From NCBI GenBank assembly GCA_964270895.1, contig OZ185440.1: 64,000 nucleotides of DNA; one strand, written 5' to 3'. This document shows positions 52,951 through 64,000 of the stretch, one piece after another. Position 1 is the stretch's first letter, and the number at the start of each line of letters is the position of its first letter. The notes under the pieces were generated by a model. It had not been told where the DNA came from. It saw only the letters and a program-made list of their open reading frames with translations, and made no database searches. The position numbers and the translations under genes were made by a program. The stretch is from Podarcis filfolensis. Taxonomy: Eukaryota.

Positions 52951-53514
52951 GACAAGGATGACAGCAGTTTGGACTAGTGAAGTGAAGGTTCTTGGAGTAG
53001 GCTGAGTTAGCTGTCTACCACTTGCTCATAATCTTGCTCTTCATTCATTTATTTCATGATTGTAAATATTGAACTTGTACAAGGTGTGGTCCATTCTGGC
53101 GGAGTTTTGTGAGCTAGGAAGTTACATATTGCAGTGTGCATTTGAATTTCTTGATAGGTATTCTGCCTGTGCCTGAGGTGGGTAATCTGTGGCTCTTAGA
53201 TGTTGTTGGACTCCCAACCCCAGTCACATTGGTCAGTGATCAGAAATGATACACTGATGGGGTTTGAACTTAGAATGGCTGACAAAGAAAGAGAGGTGGG
53301 GCAGCTCTATGAAAAGGATGAATTTCATGTGATGGATCATTAGGAGTGAAATATGCCTTGATACATATATATAGTAAAAACTGTGCTTGGAATACTTTAT
53401 CTAGTTCTGGTTGTCACATTCAAAAATGTAGAGCCAGAAAACCACAGCTAAAATTATTGAGGGGAAATATTGGAATGTTTTGATGAATAAAGGGGGACAT
53501 GATAGTAAAAAAAA

Positions 53515-53745
53515 CCATGCACGGCGTGAAGAAAGTGAATATGGAGCTCCCCCCCCAAAAAATATTATATATATTAGAATTGTTGTCACTCAGTGAAGCG
53601 GAATGGTGCGAGATTCAGGACAGGCAAGAGGAAGTATAGCACAGAGTTAAACTATGGAAGTTGCTACTACAAGATGTAGTGATGACCAACTTGGTTGGAT
53701 TTAGACATATTCATTCAGGATAAGACTATCATTGGCTACTAGACA
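53515..53745 (+). mobile_element. CR1 ORF2 C-terminal remnant
   Basis: Degenerate MHGVKKV...RFRTGKRKY...VKLW..L.QDVVMT..GLD.F..DK.I.GY* pattern. Confidence 0.65.
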
Positions 53746-55468
53746 CCACAGCTGTTATTACTCTTTCAAATCAGAAACAGGATGCCTCTACCCAGCAACT
53801 TGCTGGGTAACATGAGCGGGAGAGTAATTTTGTGCTAATGTCCTGCTTGTAGACTTTCATAGGCACCTGGGAAGAAAATGCTGACTTGATGGGTCTTTGG
53901 AATGATCCAGCAGGCCAGGTCTTGCATTATTATAATTGGAGTTGTAGTCCAACAACATCTGGAGGACCACAGTTTGCCAACCCTAGTTCCTAGCCTACAA
54001 GGTTTGGATTCGCTGATGTGATCCAGCTGATATGTTGAAGTTGTCCTGTGTAAAAATTGGCATACAGTAAAGTCTTGAGATTGCTTCATCATCTATCTGT
54101 TACAATGCACTACATGCTTGTTATTCTATTGCCCTATCTGCTTTTGACAGCTTTATGATAATATGCTAGCTTGATTATCAGCTGTCTATTTTGCTTTGCC
54201 ATGTATTGGGCTGTGCATGAATCCACACACATCTAATTGAACACGGAGAACCTGCTTCCTTCTGTTTTCTTCTTTTAGTATTAGTAATACTTTCTTTGGG
54301 TTTCAGAAGGATTTCAGGAGCTATCAGATACCAAAGAAGGCTACAAGCACTAACAGATTCTTGAAACATCCCTGCGTGGAGTGTTCATGGGAAGCTGACA
54401 AAGAAAAATAGGGCGTTCTTGAGCAGTTATAGTAACAGCCAGCTTAAAAATTCTCTAAAGTTCAGTAGACCATGATGTTCTGCAGCTTCATTTTCTCTAA
54501 TATCAGGTTCTCATAATTAGTTTGTTTGTAAGGCTTAGTAGGTGTTGACGGGAATGGGTTGGTTAACGATAATATAGATTGAGCCATTGCTTTCTTCTGA
54601 TGTTACTTGACAACATTTTGCTTTCACCATTATCCAAAGCAACCAAAATAAATAAAACAAATCAGTTTTAACACTGGCAGGATCTTTATATGGTCCCAGA
54701 ATACTTGTACTTCCTTGGTTTGTGCTCCATGTTGCAAAAATCTCCCAATAGTTGCTTGCCTGTCAGAACTGCTTCCAGGTGCCCAGATAAAGAAATCTTT
54801 AAATTTGAGGGATTTCTTTACCTTCCTTTCTGGCTGTTGAAAACATGACTGACACTTTTACATATAGATAGACAGGTTCGTGAAAATTTTGAGAGCCAGT
54901 AACTCTTTTTACACCAATCCAAGGCATAAAAAAGCTGACTTGCACTTCTGCTTCATCACTATTTGCTTTCAGGATCAATAGAAAATCAATGAGAATTATG
55001 TTATTAATATTTATTTAAAGTCTTTTTCATAAATCTATTTTGAATTACCCTTTTTTTTCTTACATCCGTAAGCCAAGACTGGACATGTCAACAGGGATTA
55101 TCTCCACCTCCCCAACGTTAAACCACAAATATTCCTCTTCCCTCATCACAAACTGCTCTTGATTTTTCTTTCTTTTAAAGGCAGTTTTCTTTGCAAAACC
55201 CAGAGTTACCTGGTGTTTGAGAAACACATCCAAGGCTTATGTGGGTTTGCAGAAGTAGTCACACACTTATTTCAAACCTAACCTATTTTGTGTCATAGAA
55301 TGTAGCTATGCTGTGTTGCAAGAATGTATTTGTTGATACAACAAAGACTGGAGATTGGGCATTAGCTTCCAACACTCTCTTTAAAATTCAGAAGCTGAAA
55401 GGTTGTCCAGTTTTTTGCCAGTTAAGTAGTATTTTTCCAAGACATGCCATACCTAATATAGTCTAATG

Positions 55469-55594
55469 CAGCCTTCCCCCAACCTGGTGCCCTCCAGATG
55501 TTTTGGTTTACAGCCCCCCTCTCAGCTGCAACTAATCAGGCGTGATGGGAGTTGTAGTTCAAAACATCTGGAGGACACCAGTTGGGGAAGACTG
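55469..55594. mobile_element. hAT-like palindromic MITE
   Basis: Arms CAGCCTTCCCC-AACCTGGTGCCCTCCAGATGTTTTGG and its near-perfect reverse complement. Decayed 8-bp flanks GTCTAATG/GTTTAGTG. Related copies near 7540-7660, 34700-34790, 37250-37320 and 53900-53985. Confidence 0.7.
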
Positions 55595-57582
55595 GTTTAG
55601 TGGACATAAAATTTCAAAGCATAAAAGATGCTATATTACTGATAAAGTGAGGTTAGAATGTTTGTGCTGGTTTTTCCACAACATATTGTAAACACATGAT
55701 TTAATACATCTTTAGGAGTTGCTGATTAGGAAAAGAACATGCACGGACACACTGTGTTCTAAGAAAAAATTCCATGAAGCTCTCTGAAACACTTCCATGT
55801 GGATGCTGCTAGTACCCTATGTACTTAGTTTCATTTTCCTGAAGCAGCAGCTTTCAGTGGGCTCACAAATGGTTAGTGTTGACAGTGCAGAAAAGGAAAA
55901 CAAAGGTAAATCAGGGTTTAATGAGGAGCACAGCATTCATTAGGGATGAGTTACACAGATGAATGCAATTCCTTTTTGTCAAAGACAGAAATGGATCTCT
56001 CAACTAGTGAAATTGTATCCTGAGGCAGAGTAAAGAAAATACATACAAAAGATGCAAAAAAAAGGGAACCAAGACAAGCTAAAATGAACTGCAGATAGTC
56101 ATAAGAAATACCAAGCCAGATGCAAGAAGTAGTGATGAAATAAAATTCTAAACAGCAATCCTCAGAGTCCTCTTCTTAGTGCATTTTATAAGTCTGCCAT
56201 TTTTAACAACACATCAGTCTGATTCCTAGGTCTGGATAATCGCATTTTCATTTCCACAGAGAAAAAATGTAAAGGAGTCATCAGATTGATGTTGTCATAA
56301 GGAGCAGGAGATTAAAAATGAGAGAGTGGGGGTGGGAAAGTTAGGTTTACATAGAAGAAAGGAAATTACAGATAAATATTGATCAGAATTTTAAGTTTGT
56401 CTCACTCATATATTACAAAATAATCATAGGTAAATATATTAAAATTTGCAGGGGTACACCAAAGCAAACTTCCTTTCTTTACAAGATTTATTAGACACCT
56501 TTCAAAAGATCAAAGATGCATACAATAAAAACATTGTCAAGTAAAGTCAGCCCATTAAAAAAATAATAATTAGAATTGATCCAAAAATCAAGAGCAGCAG
56601 AGCAATAGATAATATAATCCCTTGATAAAAGCTGAAAGAGCATGAGAACAAAAAAGCATTAACAAATGAAAATATATTAACCATCTTGCAGAAAGCAGAG
56701 GGAGATTATGCATCTCAGTAAGCAGAAACATCAACCCTGTTTGATTTCTTGGATGTCTTGATAATATCTGCCTTGGTCCCAAATTATGTGTTGCTTGCCA
56801 GGAGCTGAGTGACAAATGAAAGGTATAGGAAGGAAACTATCAGGGCTGATATGGGTTCTGAACAGTCTGCCTGGAAATTGCACCTGAAGGCTCCAGAGTT
56901 CTGCAAATAAACATGCACACTCCTGTCTTGGTTCTCAAGCCACTGGACTCCAGTGGTGGCCTCTGCTTCAGAAAGCAGTAAACATAGATAGAATTGGAAG
57001 GTCCCATTCAGGCCTCTCCCTGTCCCTGGGATCCAGAAAGGACAGTGCTGCTTGTTGTTGCCACTTAATCTTTTCCTTAATCTTGCCAGAGCAAAGGAAA
57101 TGGCATATTTATATATAATGAAAATTTTGACAGTTTTATTTTGAATTGGGCACAGTAAAACAAGGTCTAACTCCTTTCCACAGCAAACCCACTTGCCTGG
57201 ATATTTATCAGTTTGTTATATATTCACGAAATGGCTCGTCCTCCTATTGGAAGACCGGACAAATGCTAGAACATTAGCAGTGGCCAAGTTTTTATTGGTG
57301 GTTGCAAGAACCAATGATCCCTATATTCTGAACGAAATGCTTGTTTAACCTGGAGGTAGGCTGTATGAATTGTCTATTGCTTTGTAACGATTTATTGGGT
57401 CTCTGGACCATAATAAAGGTTGATGATAATGGTTCAGTTTGTATGGCACATTAAACCAAAGTGTAATACACACTGCACAGACATTCCCACAGCACCTTTC
57501 CCTTGCACTTCCTGCTGCCACACGCCAGATAAAACAACCCAGAGTCTGTGTTGTCATGTCATCTGAACCTAGGCTCATGGTT

Positions 57583-57656
57583 TTTCCTCCAAACAAACCA
57601 TGAGCTGTAAGCCAGTTACAAACCTTAGTTACGGTTCATGGTTTGTTTGGAGGAAA
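57583..57656 (+). repeat. 28-bp hairpin with 18-nt loop
   Basis: 57583-57610 pairs with 57629-57656: 26 Watson-Crick pairs plus 2 G-U pairs as + strand RNA. Confidence 0.8.
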
Positions 57657-58365
57657 CACATCACAATCCAGACTTGCTTTGTCCACAGTGCAGCGGGGGA
57701 GAAGAAGAGTGCTGTGGGAGCTTTTGAGCACTATGCACTAGTACATTAATGTAGAGAGCAAACTGGGCAAGTGACAGTGGCAGTGACAGCTTTTTTTTTT
57801 AACAATGCTATAGTGGTAATGTTGGGAGAGTGGTCTCTGTTTTTCTCCACCTGACTCTTGTAAGTTGAGCTGCTACCTGCTGCAGGTGTCAACAGTGCTG
57901 AAAGAACTTCATTTCACAGTATGCCAGCTGCTTGGGAATTTGCTATAACTGTTCTGAGAGATAGGGGAGAGGTATTCTTAATGCATATATGCTGGAGGAA
58001 CGCCAGCATATCTTCTTTAAACATTGCCTCTTCCTCTTTTTTTTGGTAAAAGAATTGTCCTTTTGTAATAGGAAGTTTAAAATTTTCATACATTTAAATG
58101 AAACAACACAAATACAAATGTGGTGATTGTATTTTTTCTGTCTTGGAAAATACAGAATTAAAAAAATGTAGAATTATATGTGGCACTCTTCATTTTGGTG
58201 TTAATGTTTAGAGTCTGTGGAGCAATTGAATTCCACTGCACACTGAAGACAGTTGAGCATGGGAAACTTTAAGTGGTCTGGCCTCAGTGATACAGCATTT
58301 GAATGATAAGTTTGATGAAAAGTTTGATGAATTTGACCATTTTTATTTTTATGTAAATTTTACAG

Positions 58366-58499
58366 AAGATAAAACTGATCTTGAAAACAGTGTGATGCAG
58401 AAGAAAATTAAAATCCCCAAGCTTTCTCTCAATCACCTAGAAGAAATAGGAGAAATTACAGATTATGGGGATGAAGATATGGAACTTAGACACTGTAAG
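58366..58499 (+). CDS. BEND5: BEND5 coding exon 2 (134 nt, phase 1 in, phase 0 out)
   Basis: G|AA GAT AAA... gives EDKTDLENSVMQKKIKIPKLSLNHLEEIGEITDYGDEDMELRHCK, matching recalled human EDKSDLENSVMQKKIKIPKLSLNHVEEDGEVKDYGEEDLQLRHIK. Donor AAG|GTATTG at 58499/58500. Exons 1+2 total 354 nt, or 118 codons. Confidence 0.95.
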
Positions 58500-59299
58500 G
58501 TATTGGAAGTTTTTTTGTTGCTCTTTTTTAAACTTTGTGGCTTCAGACCTTAAAGGAAAGCATACAAAGCATTGTATTACTGGCTATGACTGATGGGAGT
58601 GTGAATGTGATCAAGACTCCTGAATTGCTTTAAATGTCTCTTTTGTAAATGCATGGGGCTTTTTCATTCTATTTGCTCAAGTTCCTTTCTTTAGTCATTG
58701 TTGGACACTGTTTCACTTTGGCCCAAAGAGTTGTTTTGCTAGTTTTTTAATTGAAGGTCAGCTACAGGGTTTTGTGAATATGAGTTTTCAGCGTTGTTAC
58801 TCATTTTGTGTTGTAAATTTAAAAGAAAGTTTTACGACACTTCATGAAAGAAACTTCCCTTTCACATTCATGTCTGTTGCAGAACTCCTTCACTGGTTGC
58901 CTTTTCTTCCCTTTGGTTACTGGTGTTAACTGGTTAACACCAGTAAATAACTTCATAGTGGACTGGCATTCTCTAAAGTGTGGCCTGTGGATGAAGTATG
59001 ATACATGTATAATCCATGTGTTTATGGGTTTGAGAGTATCAGCACCTGCCTTTTCTAGATATTTAAAAGGTCTAATATTAACACAAAAAAACACCCCACA
59101 ATGAAATATATACAACATAATTCATTCTGCTATTGAAGGGGAACATCCAATTCCCTCATCCTATCAGAAAACGATTTCCGCTCATGCAACGGGCCTCTCC
59201 CCTCTCTCCTCCCTCAATATGCTGTGGCCAAATCTGCTCTAGAGAGTTGGGGGAATCCCCCAGAACAGATTTAGAGTGTGCATGAGGGTGGGAAATATT

Positions 59300-59950
59300 A
59301 AACCACTCAGGGTTGTTAAAGGAGCATCGAAGAGCTACAAAAGGACCTCTCCAGACTGGGTATTCACCCAGTGTGGCAAAATGGCAAATGCATTTAAGTG
59401 CAAACTAGTGTAAGGTGATGCCTGTAGGGACAAAAAAAAAAAAAACGTAATTCCACATATATACTCTGAACTGGAGGTGAATGACCAGGAGTGAGAAACC
59501 TTGGAGTTGTAGTAGATACAGTGGTGCCTCGCAAGACGAAAAGAATCCGTTCTGCGAGTCTCTTCGTCTAGCGGTTTTTTCGTCTTGCGAAGCAAGCCCA
59601 TTGATGGATTAGCGGATTAGCGCTTTTAGCGGCTTTTAGCGGCTTATCGGCTTAGCGGATAAGCGGCTTAGCGGCTTAGAAAGGGGGGGGGGAGGAAAAA
59701 AAAACCCGCAGGAACTCGCAAGACATTTTCGTCTTGCGAAGCAAGCCCATAGGAAATTCATTTTGCGAAGCACCTCCAAAACGGAAAACTCTTTTGTCTA
59801 GCGAGTTTTCCGTCTTGCGAGGCATTCATCTTGTGGGGCACCACTGTAGCTAAGTGAAGATGCTGACCCAGTGTACAACAGCTGTGAGAAAGGCAAATTC
59901 CATGCTGGGGATCATTAGGGAAGGAATTGATAATTAAAGTGCTGATACCC
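59300..59950 (+). mobile_element. CR1 LINE RT remnant split by MITE family B
   Basis: Motifs ELQKDLSRLG, KWQM, DQE..LGVVVD|S*VKMLTQCTTAVRKANSMLGIIREGIDN. The frame continues across the MITE once it and one TA are removed. Confidence 0.8.
59519..59846. mobile_element. Tigger/pogo-like MITE family B, 328 bp, inserted in a CR1 RT remnant
   Basis: TA|CAGTGGTGCCTCGCAAGACGAA ... TTCATCTTGTGGGGCACCACTG|TA (imperfect 22-bp TIR), with an internal TTAGCGG array. Confidence 0.88.
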
Positions 59951-61472
59951 AAATTCATGTGATCGATGAGGTTACCGTGACAGCTTTGGGGCTTCATCCT
60001 ATGTTTTTGTTGCTAGATGGAACTTATAGTAGCCTACTTCACAAGAAGCACATGGTAAACTGAAAGTGTCACATAAAAATATCACTATGAAACATAAAAC
60101 AATACACAGTGTGCTTGTCTTTTTAAGTGACTGGCTGAGCAGGAAAATGTGCTCAGTGATTTTAGTCTCACCATCTGGAAACTATTTTTTCCTCAGTGGA
60201 TTTAGGTAATGAAATACACTGACCTTGAGCTAAAAGTTCTCAGGAAAATTCCTTCCTGATTTTTGTCAGGATGCATCTAAAGACATGTACCCTACAAACA
60301 GTTCTCGAACTCATCTGGTTTAAAAGTAAATGGAGTGAATAAATGCTCAAAATGAAGAGATCTGTGATGCATTGAAGAAGCATCATACAAAAAGTACACA
60401 ACAGACATGCAAAAATGGTCTAATATATGTTTGTATTCCAGGTTTTGCTTATGTGATAAAATGGTTTGTGGGACACATAGTTCTGGGTCATATTATTTGC
60501 CAAAGCTTTCCCTCTTTAGCCTGCTACCAGGTACTGTGTAGTAATCAGCCTTTTATATACTGGAAAATAACATTACCTGGCTCTCCTTTGCCAATACATA
60601 CCAGTACTCAAGCCTGCTTGTGGAGGTGTACTTCATTTTAATTCTAGGAAAATCAGATAGGGAGCATATTCATGCGCATTTTGACTATTTTAGATTCATG
60701 ATGACTGCCAATGTTTTCATTAGAGTCAGGGAATAGGTGTTTGGCTTAGTGACAACGTTATAGAGAAACAGCATATACAAAAGCTATTACGTGCGTATGC
60801 CACAGGCATACTGTTTGTGTTTTAATGTTGCAGTGTAAGTTTATTTTATTTGTTTAACAAGAAAAAATGGTAGAAGCATGATAACCACACCATATGATCA
60901 ATGTATAAGAATTGTAGATCGGTATGATGTGATGCACACATGCAAGCAACTATTAATTTACTGCTGGGTTACTTTCTGGGAATAGCTCATGCTAAGGCAA
61001 AACCGTGCGAGATTGCCAGTGTATTTTTTCCTCAATGCCTGTCCCCGTCCCTCACCCTTTTTATTTTTTATTTTTTAAGTTTGCCAAGCACATAAAGCTG
61101 AATGCGCACAAGTTAAATGTGCCCAAGTTGCGAGTTCCCTGTATTTACATTCTGCTTTTACATTGAACTTCATGGAGTAACCGGGTCTCCGATCTTATTG
61201 CCACCAATACTGCCACATGCCAGGCCCAGAAAAGCACATTTTGATTCCCTTCAACCAAACTCAAAAGGCAATCTCACCAGATATGTATTTTTCTGAATTA
61301 TGGGAACAGTTGCTGCTCATTCATTCTCTCACACACATTTCTTAAATCTATATGTAGGATAATCCAATAGCAATACATGGAAAGTTCCATGCTAGTTAGT
61401 TCATTTGCTTGTTGCTGTAGTACACAGTATTCAGTGTGCTATGAAATGCTATACCTCCAGGTATGGCAAGTA

Positions 61473-61832
61473 CCGTATTGGCCTGAATATAAGCCGCACC
61501 TGAATATAAGCCACACCTTTAAAATTGAGGGGGGGGGAAATACCCAAATATAAGCCACTCCATTCCTTGCTGCTCCTGGCTGCATACTTGGGGGGAGGGG
61601 GAGCCACACTGCGTTGCCAGCAGCTTTTCCCTTTCCTCACTCTTTCCCTTCCCGGCCTTGGGGAAGAGGACGGGGGACTACACACAGGGCAGGCGCAGCT
61701 TTGCTGCGCTCCTGCCACTGTTTGCCCCACGCTCCTGACTGCATACCGTAAGGTCACGTTTATAAGCTGCACTTTAACTTTTCACGGTCGGAATTTGGGG
61801 GAAAAGTGAGGCTTATATTCAGGCCAATACGG
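61473..61832. mobile_element. Tc1/mariner-pogo (CCGT-terminus) MITE family C, 360 bp
   Basis: Perfect 23-bp TIR CCGTATTGGCCTGAATATAAGCC with TA on both flanks, plus a subterminal repeat of TGAATATAAGCC. Confidence 0.9.
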
Positions 61833-63586
61833 TATGTTTTCTCATAAATGCTAGCTATAGTCAACATGGGGAGGAACACACCCAGTTACCCAGACTGTCA
61901 AGCTGTTTTGAAAATAGCTTAGTGGCTCGGTTTTGTCAAGATCTTGCTGCAATCTCGTCTCTCAGAGTCTAAATGTCTGCAAGTTCACAGTAAGATGTTG
62001 CTTGATTTAGAGTGACTTTCGAACCCAGCCAATATCTGCCTGTCTTTTAAGGCAAAAGGTTATTTTCCATCTGTATTATGCATTCTGCTGTATTATTTTA
62101 TTACTGCTCCATAATGTGTTTCATGTACAGTTATGGTAGTTATTTTGTCATCATTGTTGTAGCACTTGTTTTTGTTGCTTATTTTATGATTAAGTTGTAA
62201 ATTAGTTTTGTCAACAGCTTAGGTATGTAGGATATGTTGTATTTCTTATTTTGGACATCTTGATGTGAAAAAAAATAAGGTCTTATACATAAAAAGTTTA
62301 AGAAAAGCAGCTTGATTTGGTGTGACAGGTATAATGATGACCTTTTCTGCATAAATAGTATTCTTAAAAGTTTGAGGTGCTTGATGCCCATGAAGTACTG
62401 TCCTTATATCACATTTGTCATGGTTGCATCTTAGTTCTGGTTGTCAGTGAAAACCGATGCAGCAATATGGTAGACTATAGCCTGCAAACTTTCATCCTTC
62501 CCCGCAGTAAAGTTTGCTAAAGTGGTTCTTTATTTTTGCCATAAAAGAGAAAGATTTTCCTCTGAATTGTAGTTTGGTGCTCCTTTCCAAATATTTTAAT
62601 AAGATGAGAATGACCAGCTGCTCAGTGGCACTATTTCACATACTGTACTGTGCCCACAATCATATAGGTATAGTTATATTTTGCTGAAAGTTGAGACCTC
62701 GTCACTAAATTGTGCTAACGAGCTCAACCGCCATTAAAGGAACATCCTGTAGTTCTTAGATATAAACTGTGCCATTGAATATTGTTGCACCATTTCCTAT
62801 AAAATTATCAACCAGGCAACATTTCAAGAAAGTCAAGAGATGTTGTGATCCACCAGAGAACTTTAGAGCACTATCAAGAGGATTCAAAACAACCCCCAAA
62901 TAACAGGATAAGATTGCCTTCAAATAATTCTCCCCCTGTGGCCTATTAAAAGTATTGGCAGAGAATTTCTGGATGCAGTGAAGAACAGTGTATTATCAGA
63001 AAATACTGTTTTTCTTTTGATTAGATCAGTGGATGTTCTGGCATTTGGGCTTTTTGACTGGAGGGACTGACTCCTTTAAGCATTCAGCACACTTATTATT
63101 CAGCAGATAGTTAATAATTTTGGAAATGCACTTGAGCAAATACCTGGACTTAAATACACTGGACCATCTCAAAGAACTGATAATGCTTTCAGTAGCGGAC
63201 AAAAATGTTAATTATGGCTCTTCATCTTTCAGAATTAATATGCTGTCAATATCTTTCTATTTGCATGCACTTGGAGTCACACCTGCTATTTTCTTAGACT
63301 CATCATCACGGTTTCCTTTTGTTGTGACAAGATCAACTGTGGAACAGTAGAAGAATCATTTCAGTCGATGCATGTTTCAGTTTTGAATTTTGCATGATTC
63401 TTCAAATTCTATAGCTAATTGGAATTCAGACCTGGAATTTCTACCCTTTTCAGAAACTGATCTCCTTGTTAAATCCTGGATTTTATACTTCACAATTACA
63501 TTCTTATTTTTATTTTACAAAAACAGTTACCCACTCTTCATTACTGCAGGCACTGCCAGTGTGGACTACAAAACTTGAAATAAGAC

Positions 63587-63589
<3 letters not shown>

Positions 63590-63649
<60 letters not shown>

Positions 63650-63705
63650 CTCCTCCTCCTCCTCTCTCCCCTCCTCTCTCCCTAACTCTCCCTCCCTCCC
63701 CTCCC
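63590..63705. repeat. (CT)n/(CCT)n polypyrimidine tract, 116 nt
   Basis: Only two purines (AA at 63684-63685) in 116 nt. Confidence 0.95.
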
Positions 63706-63909
63706 ATTTTAAACTTGCAAGAGAAGTTACAAAATTCTAAAACAATAGACAAAACACTATTGTTTGGTATACACTTGTGTAAAAAGATATGTCTTCAGAA
63801 AACATTTGAAATTCAGAGCTGTATGTTCTTTAAAAATAGGTGTGGCATTCAGAAAAAAGTGCACTAATGGCTTTTGAACGGGTTTGCTGTTTTTATGTTG
63901 CAAGTATAC

Positions 63910-64000
63910 TCAGGGATCCCATATTTCATACAGTGAAAAACTGGACATAAAAGTTGTTGAGCTTTCCCCCCAAAAAATCGCAAAAATGAAGTTTTTGAGC
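63910..64000 (+). mobile_element. Start of a repeat shared with 12253-12305 (TAGGGTTGCCA-type, hAT-like terminus)
   Basis: gggatcccatatttcatacagtgaaaaactggacataaaagttgttgag aligns by eye to gggttgccatatttcaaaaagtgaaaatccatacagaaaagtttttgag. Confidence 0.5.

Larger units (their letters stand above)
46495..58365 (+). other. BEND5: BEND5 intron 1 (11,871 bp, GT-AG, phase 1)
   Basis: GT at 46495 and tttACAG ending at 58365. Candidate branch point TTGAC has its A at 58336, 29 nt upstream of the acceptor. Confidence 0.9.
4763..64000 (+). other. AGBL4: Large AGBL4 intron hosting BEND5 (continues beyond the window)
   Basis: Starts at the GTGAGT donor at 4763. No further AGBL4-like exon (expected NLREG...RVHPGE) was seen downstream. 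BEND5 lying within an AGBL4 intron is known from mammals. Confidence 0.75.

Noticed and set aside
58287-58553. 88-aa single ORF containing BEND5 exon 2
   Set aside because: Homology is confined to 58366-58499, bounded by AG/GT. The flanks are intronic, including the polypyrimidine tract, and are open by chance.
59609-59679. CRISPR-like or telomeric array
   Set aside because: Vertebrate DNA, no unique spacers, the unit is TTAGCGG rather than TTAGGG, and it lies inside a MITE.
58500-64000. BEND5 exon 3 or the next AGBL4 exon
   Set aside because: No frame resembling SIEAVVARLEK or RVHPGE was found. Both presumably lie beyond the window.

Overview
Vertebrate genomic DNA, almost certainly a squamate and probably a lacertid lizard, judged from the Sauria-type SINEs, BovB, CR1/L2/L1 and lizard-type MITEs. 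No database search was run: gene and repeat names come from recalled sequence similarity. The window holds one 40-nt coding exon of AGBL4 (cytosolic carboxypeptidase 6; 4723-4762, +; QQRQLDLLTITNP). About 41.5 kb downstream, inside the next AGBL4 intron and on the SAME strand, lie the CpG-island promoter and first two coding exons of BEND5 (46275-46494 and 58366-58499). BEND5 exon 3 was not found in the window. The rest is intron with many TE fragments, several of them nested, plus microsatellites. Main leads: (1) the AGBL4 exon donor and the BEND5 exon 1/exon 2 junction are both phase 1, so in-frame host/guest chimeric mRNAs are possible in both directions; (2) an in-frame alternative acceptor lies 27 nt upstream of the AGBL4 exon; (3) bases 1-2000 may be a decayed viral envelope-like reading frame (low confidence); (4) inverted MITE copies and a 28-bp hairpin could form dsRNA in the shared pre-mRNA. 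Most ORFs in the supplied track are artefacts of the CpG island, TEs or microsatellites.
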